Shown piece after piece: positions 63,021 through 64,000 of a stretch of 64,000 nucleotides of DNA. The stretch's first letter is position 1. Every line of letters begins with the position of its first letter. Source of the DNA: Terriglobales bacterium (GTDB taxonomy: Bacteria; Acidobacteriota; Terriglobia; Terriglobales; Acidobacteriaceae); assembly GCA_963778195.1 (NCBI GenBank), contig CAVZTG010000008.1, positions 310,898 to 374,897 of the forward strand, in the 5' to 3' direction. The position numbers and the translations under genes were made by a program. The notes under the pieces were generated by a model that worked only from the letters and a program-made list of their open reading frames with translations, ran no database searches and was not told where the DNA came from.

Positions 63021-64000
63021 ATGCCTAAGTCTCCCGCATCGCCGCATCCCTCTCTCCCGCGCCTCAGCGGAGCGGAGATTCTTTGGGCCACGCTCGAGGG
63101 CGAAGGGGTCCGCCATGTCTTCGGCTATCCCGGCGGCGCTATTCTTCCCGCCTACGATGCGCTCCGCAAATTTCCCATTCGCCACATCCTGGTGCGCCAC
63201 GAACAGTCTGCGGTTCACATGGCCGACGGCTACGCGCGCGCGACTGGCGGAGTCGGAGTCGCCATCGCTACCTCCGGCCCCGGCGCCACCAACATGGTCA
63301 CCGGCATTGCCACCGCGATGCTCGACTCATCGCCCATCGTCTGCATCACCGGGCAGGTCTCGAGCAAAGTTCTCGGCACCGACGCGTTTCAAGAGGTGGA
63401 CATCACCGGCGTCACCCTGCCCGTCACCAAACATAATTACGTTGTCTCGCGCGCGGAAGACATCGCGCCGGTTCTTCGCGAAGCGTTTCAGGTCGCCACC
63501 AGCGGGCGCCCCGGCCCCGTGCTGGTGGACATAACCAAAGACGCGCAGCAGGGCCACGCTATCTTCGACTTCGCCGCGGCTGCTCCGCGCCCGGTTCGGT
63601 CCCATCCCATGCTCGGCATCACCGGCGCGGCAATGCGCGAGGCCCTCGAACTCATCCGCACAGCGGAGCGCCCGCTCATTCTCGCCGGCCACGGCGTCAT
63701 GCAGTCGAACGCCACTCGCCAGCTGCTGGCATTCGCGGAGCGCGCGCAGATTCCCGTCACCTCCACCCTGCTCGGTCTGGGCGGCTTCCCTGCCTCGCAT
63801 CCTCTTTCGCTAGGCATGATGGGCATGCACGGAGAGGCCTGGGTCAACGACGCCGTTCAATCGGCCGATCTGCTGATCGCCGTCGGCATGCGCTTCGACG
63901 ATCGCGTCATCGGCACGCCCGGCTCTTATGCGCCGCACGCCAAAAAGATCCACATCGAGATTGATCCATCGGAGATCAACAAAAACGTCCATGTGGATGT
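63021..64000 (+). CDS. ilvB: acetolactate synthase (biosynthetic) large subunit, 3-prime end beyond window
   Basis: Not in the ORF track because there is no stop within the window. Manual translation from ATG 63021 gives ..GAEILWATLEGEGVRHVFGYPGGAILPAYDAL..HEQSAVHMADGYARATGGVGVAIATSGPGATNMVTGIATAMLDSSPIVCITGQV.. and stays open to nt 64000. Confidence 0.9.
   Translation, partial: MPKSPASPHPSLPRLSGAEILWATLEGEGVRHVFGYPGGAILPAYDALRKFPIRHILVRHEQSAVHMADGYARATGGVGVAIATSGPGATNMVTGIATAMLDSSPIVCITGQVSSKVLGTDAFQEVDITGVTLPVTKHNYVVSRAEDIAPVLREAFQVATSGRPGPVLVDITKDAQQGHAIFDFAAAAPRPVRSHPMLGITGAAMREALELIRTAERPLILAGHGVMQSNATRQLLAFAERAQIPVTSTLLGLGGFPASHPLSLGMMGMHGEAWVNDAVQSADLLIAVGMRFDDRVIGTPGSYAPHAKKIHIEIDPSEINKNVHVD

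Overview
High-GC (about 60-65% by hand counts) bacterial chromosomal segment. Gene content and protein signatures fit an Acidobacteriota (Terriglobia-like) genome best, but that placement is inference only. I count about 53 protein-coding genes plus one tRNA-Leu(CAA).

Housekeeping blocks:
- uvrB, serS, pyrD
- F1Fo ATP synthase b'-b-delta-alpha-gamma-beta-epsilon (no a or c subunit genes here)
- hfq-hflX, acs
- a translationally coupled leuA-like-leuB-leuC-leuD-ilvD-ilvB cluster

Accessory content:
- an AcrAB-type RND pump remnant next to the tRNA
- a signalling module made of a cNMP-domain histidine kinase, a REC/Trx-like/TrxR-like fusion and an atypical LuxR regulator
- a 1176-aa GH18-like + CE4 deacetylase + GT2 synthase fusion (PNAG/chitin-like exopolysaccharide machine)
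- two tandem TPR + double-retropepsin secreted proteins
- a lower-GC envelope block (TonB, LolA/M48-like protein, two OMP barrels, Spy/ZraP-like protein)

I found no CRISPR array, transposase, integrase, phage gene, recognisable defence system or secondary-metabolite cluster.

Two sequence-level peculiarities stand out. First, about 12 genes are disrupted as sequenced, including atpG, pyrD, acs, leuB and hflX. The breaks are distributed very unevenly: at least 10 in the RND gene, about 7 in hbd, and none in several genes of 1.3-3.5 kb. Second, short 14-30 bp tandem repeats and G-quadruplex-type G-run clusters sit at gene boundaries and promoters.

The best candidates for undescribed biology are the cNMP-HK / REC-TrxR-like (no CxxC) / pseudo-receiver LuxR module, the tri-domain polysaccharide synthase and the TPR-double-retropepsin pair. 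All functional calls rest on motif recognition by eye. No database search was run.
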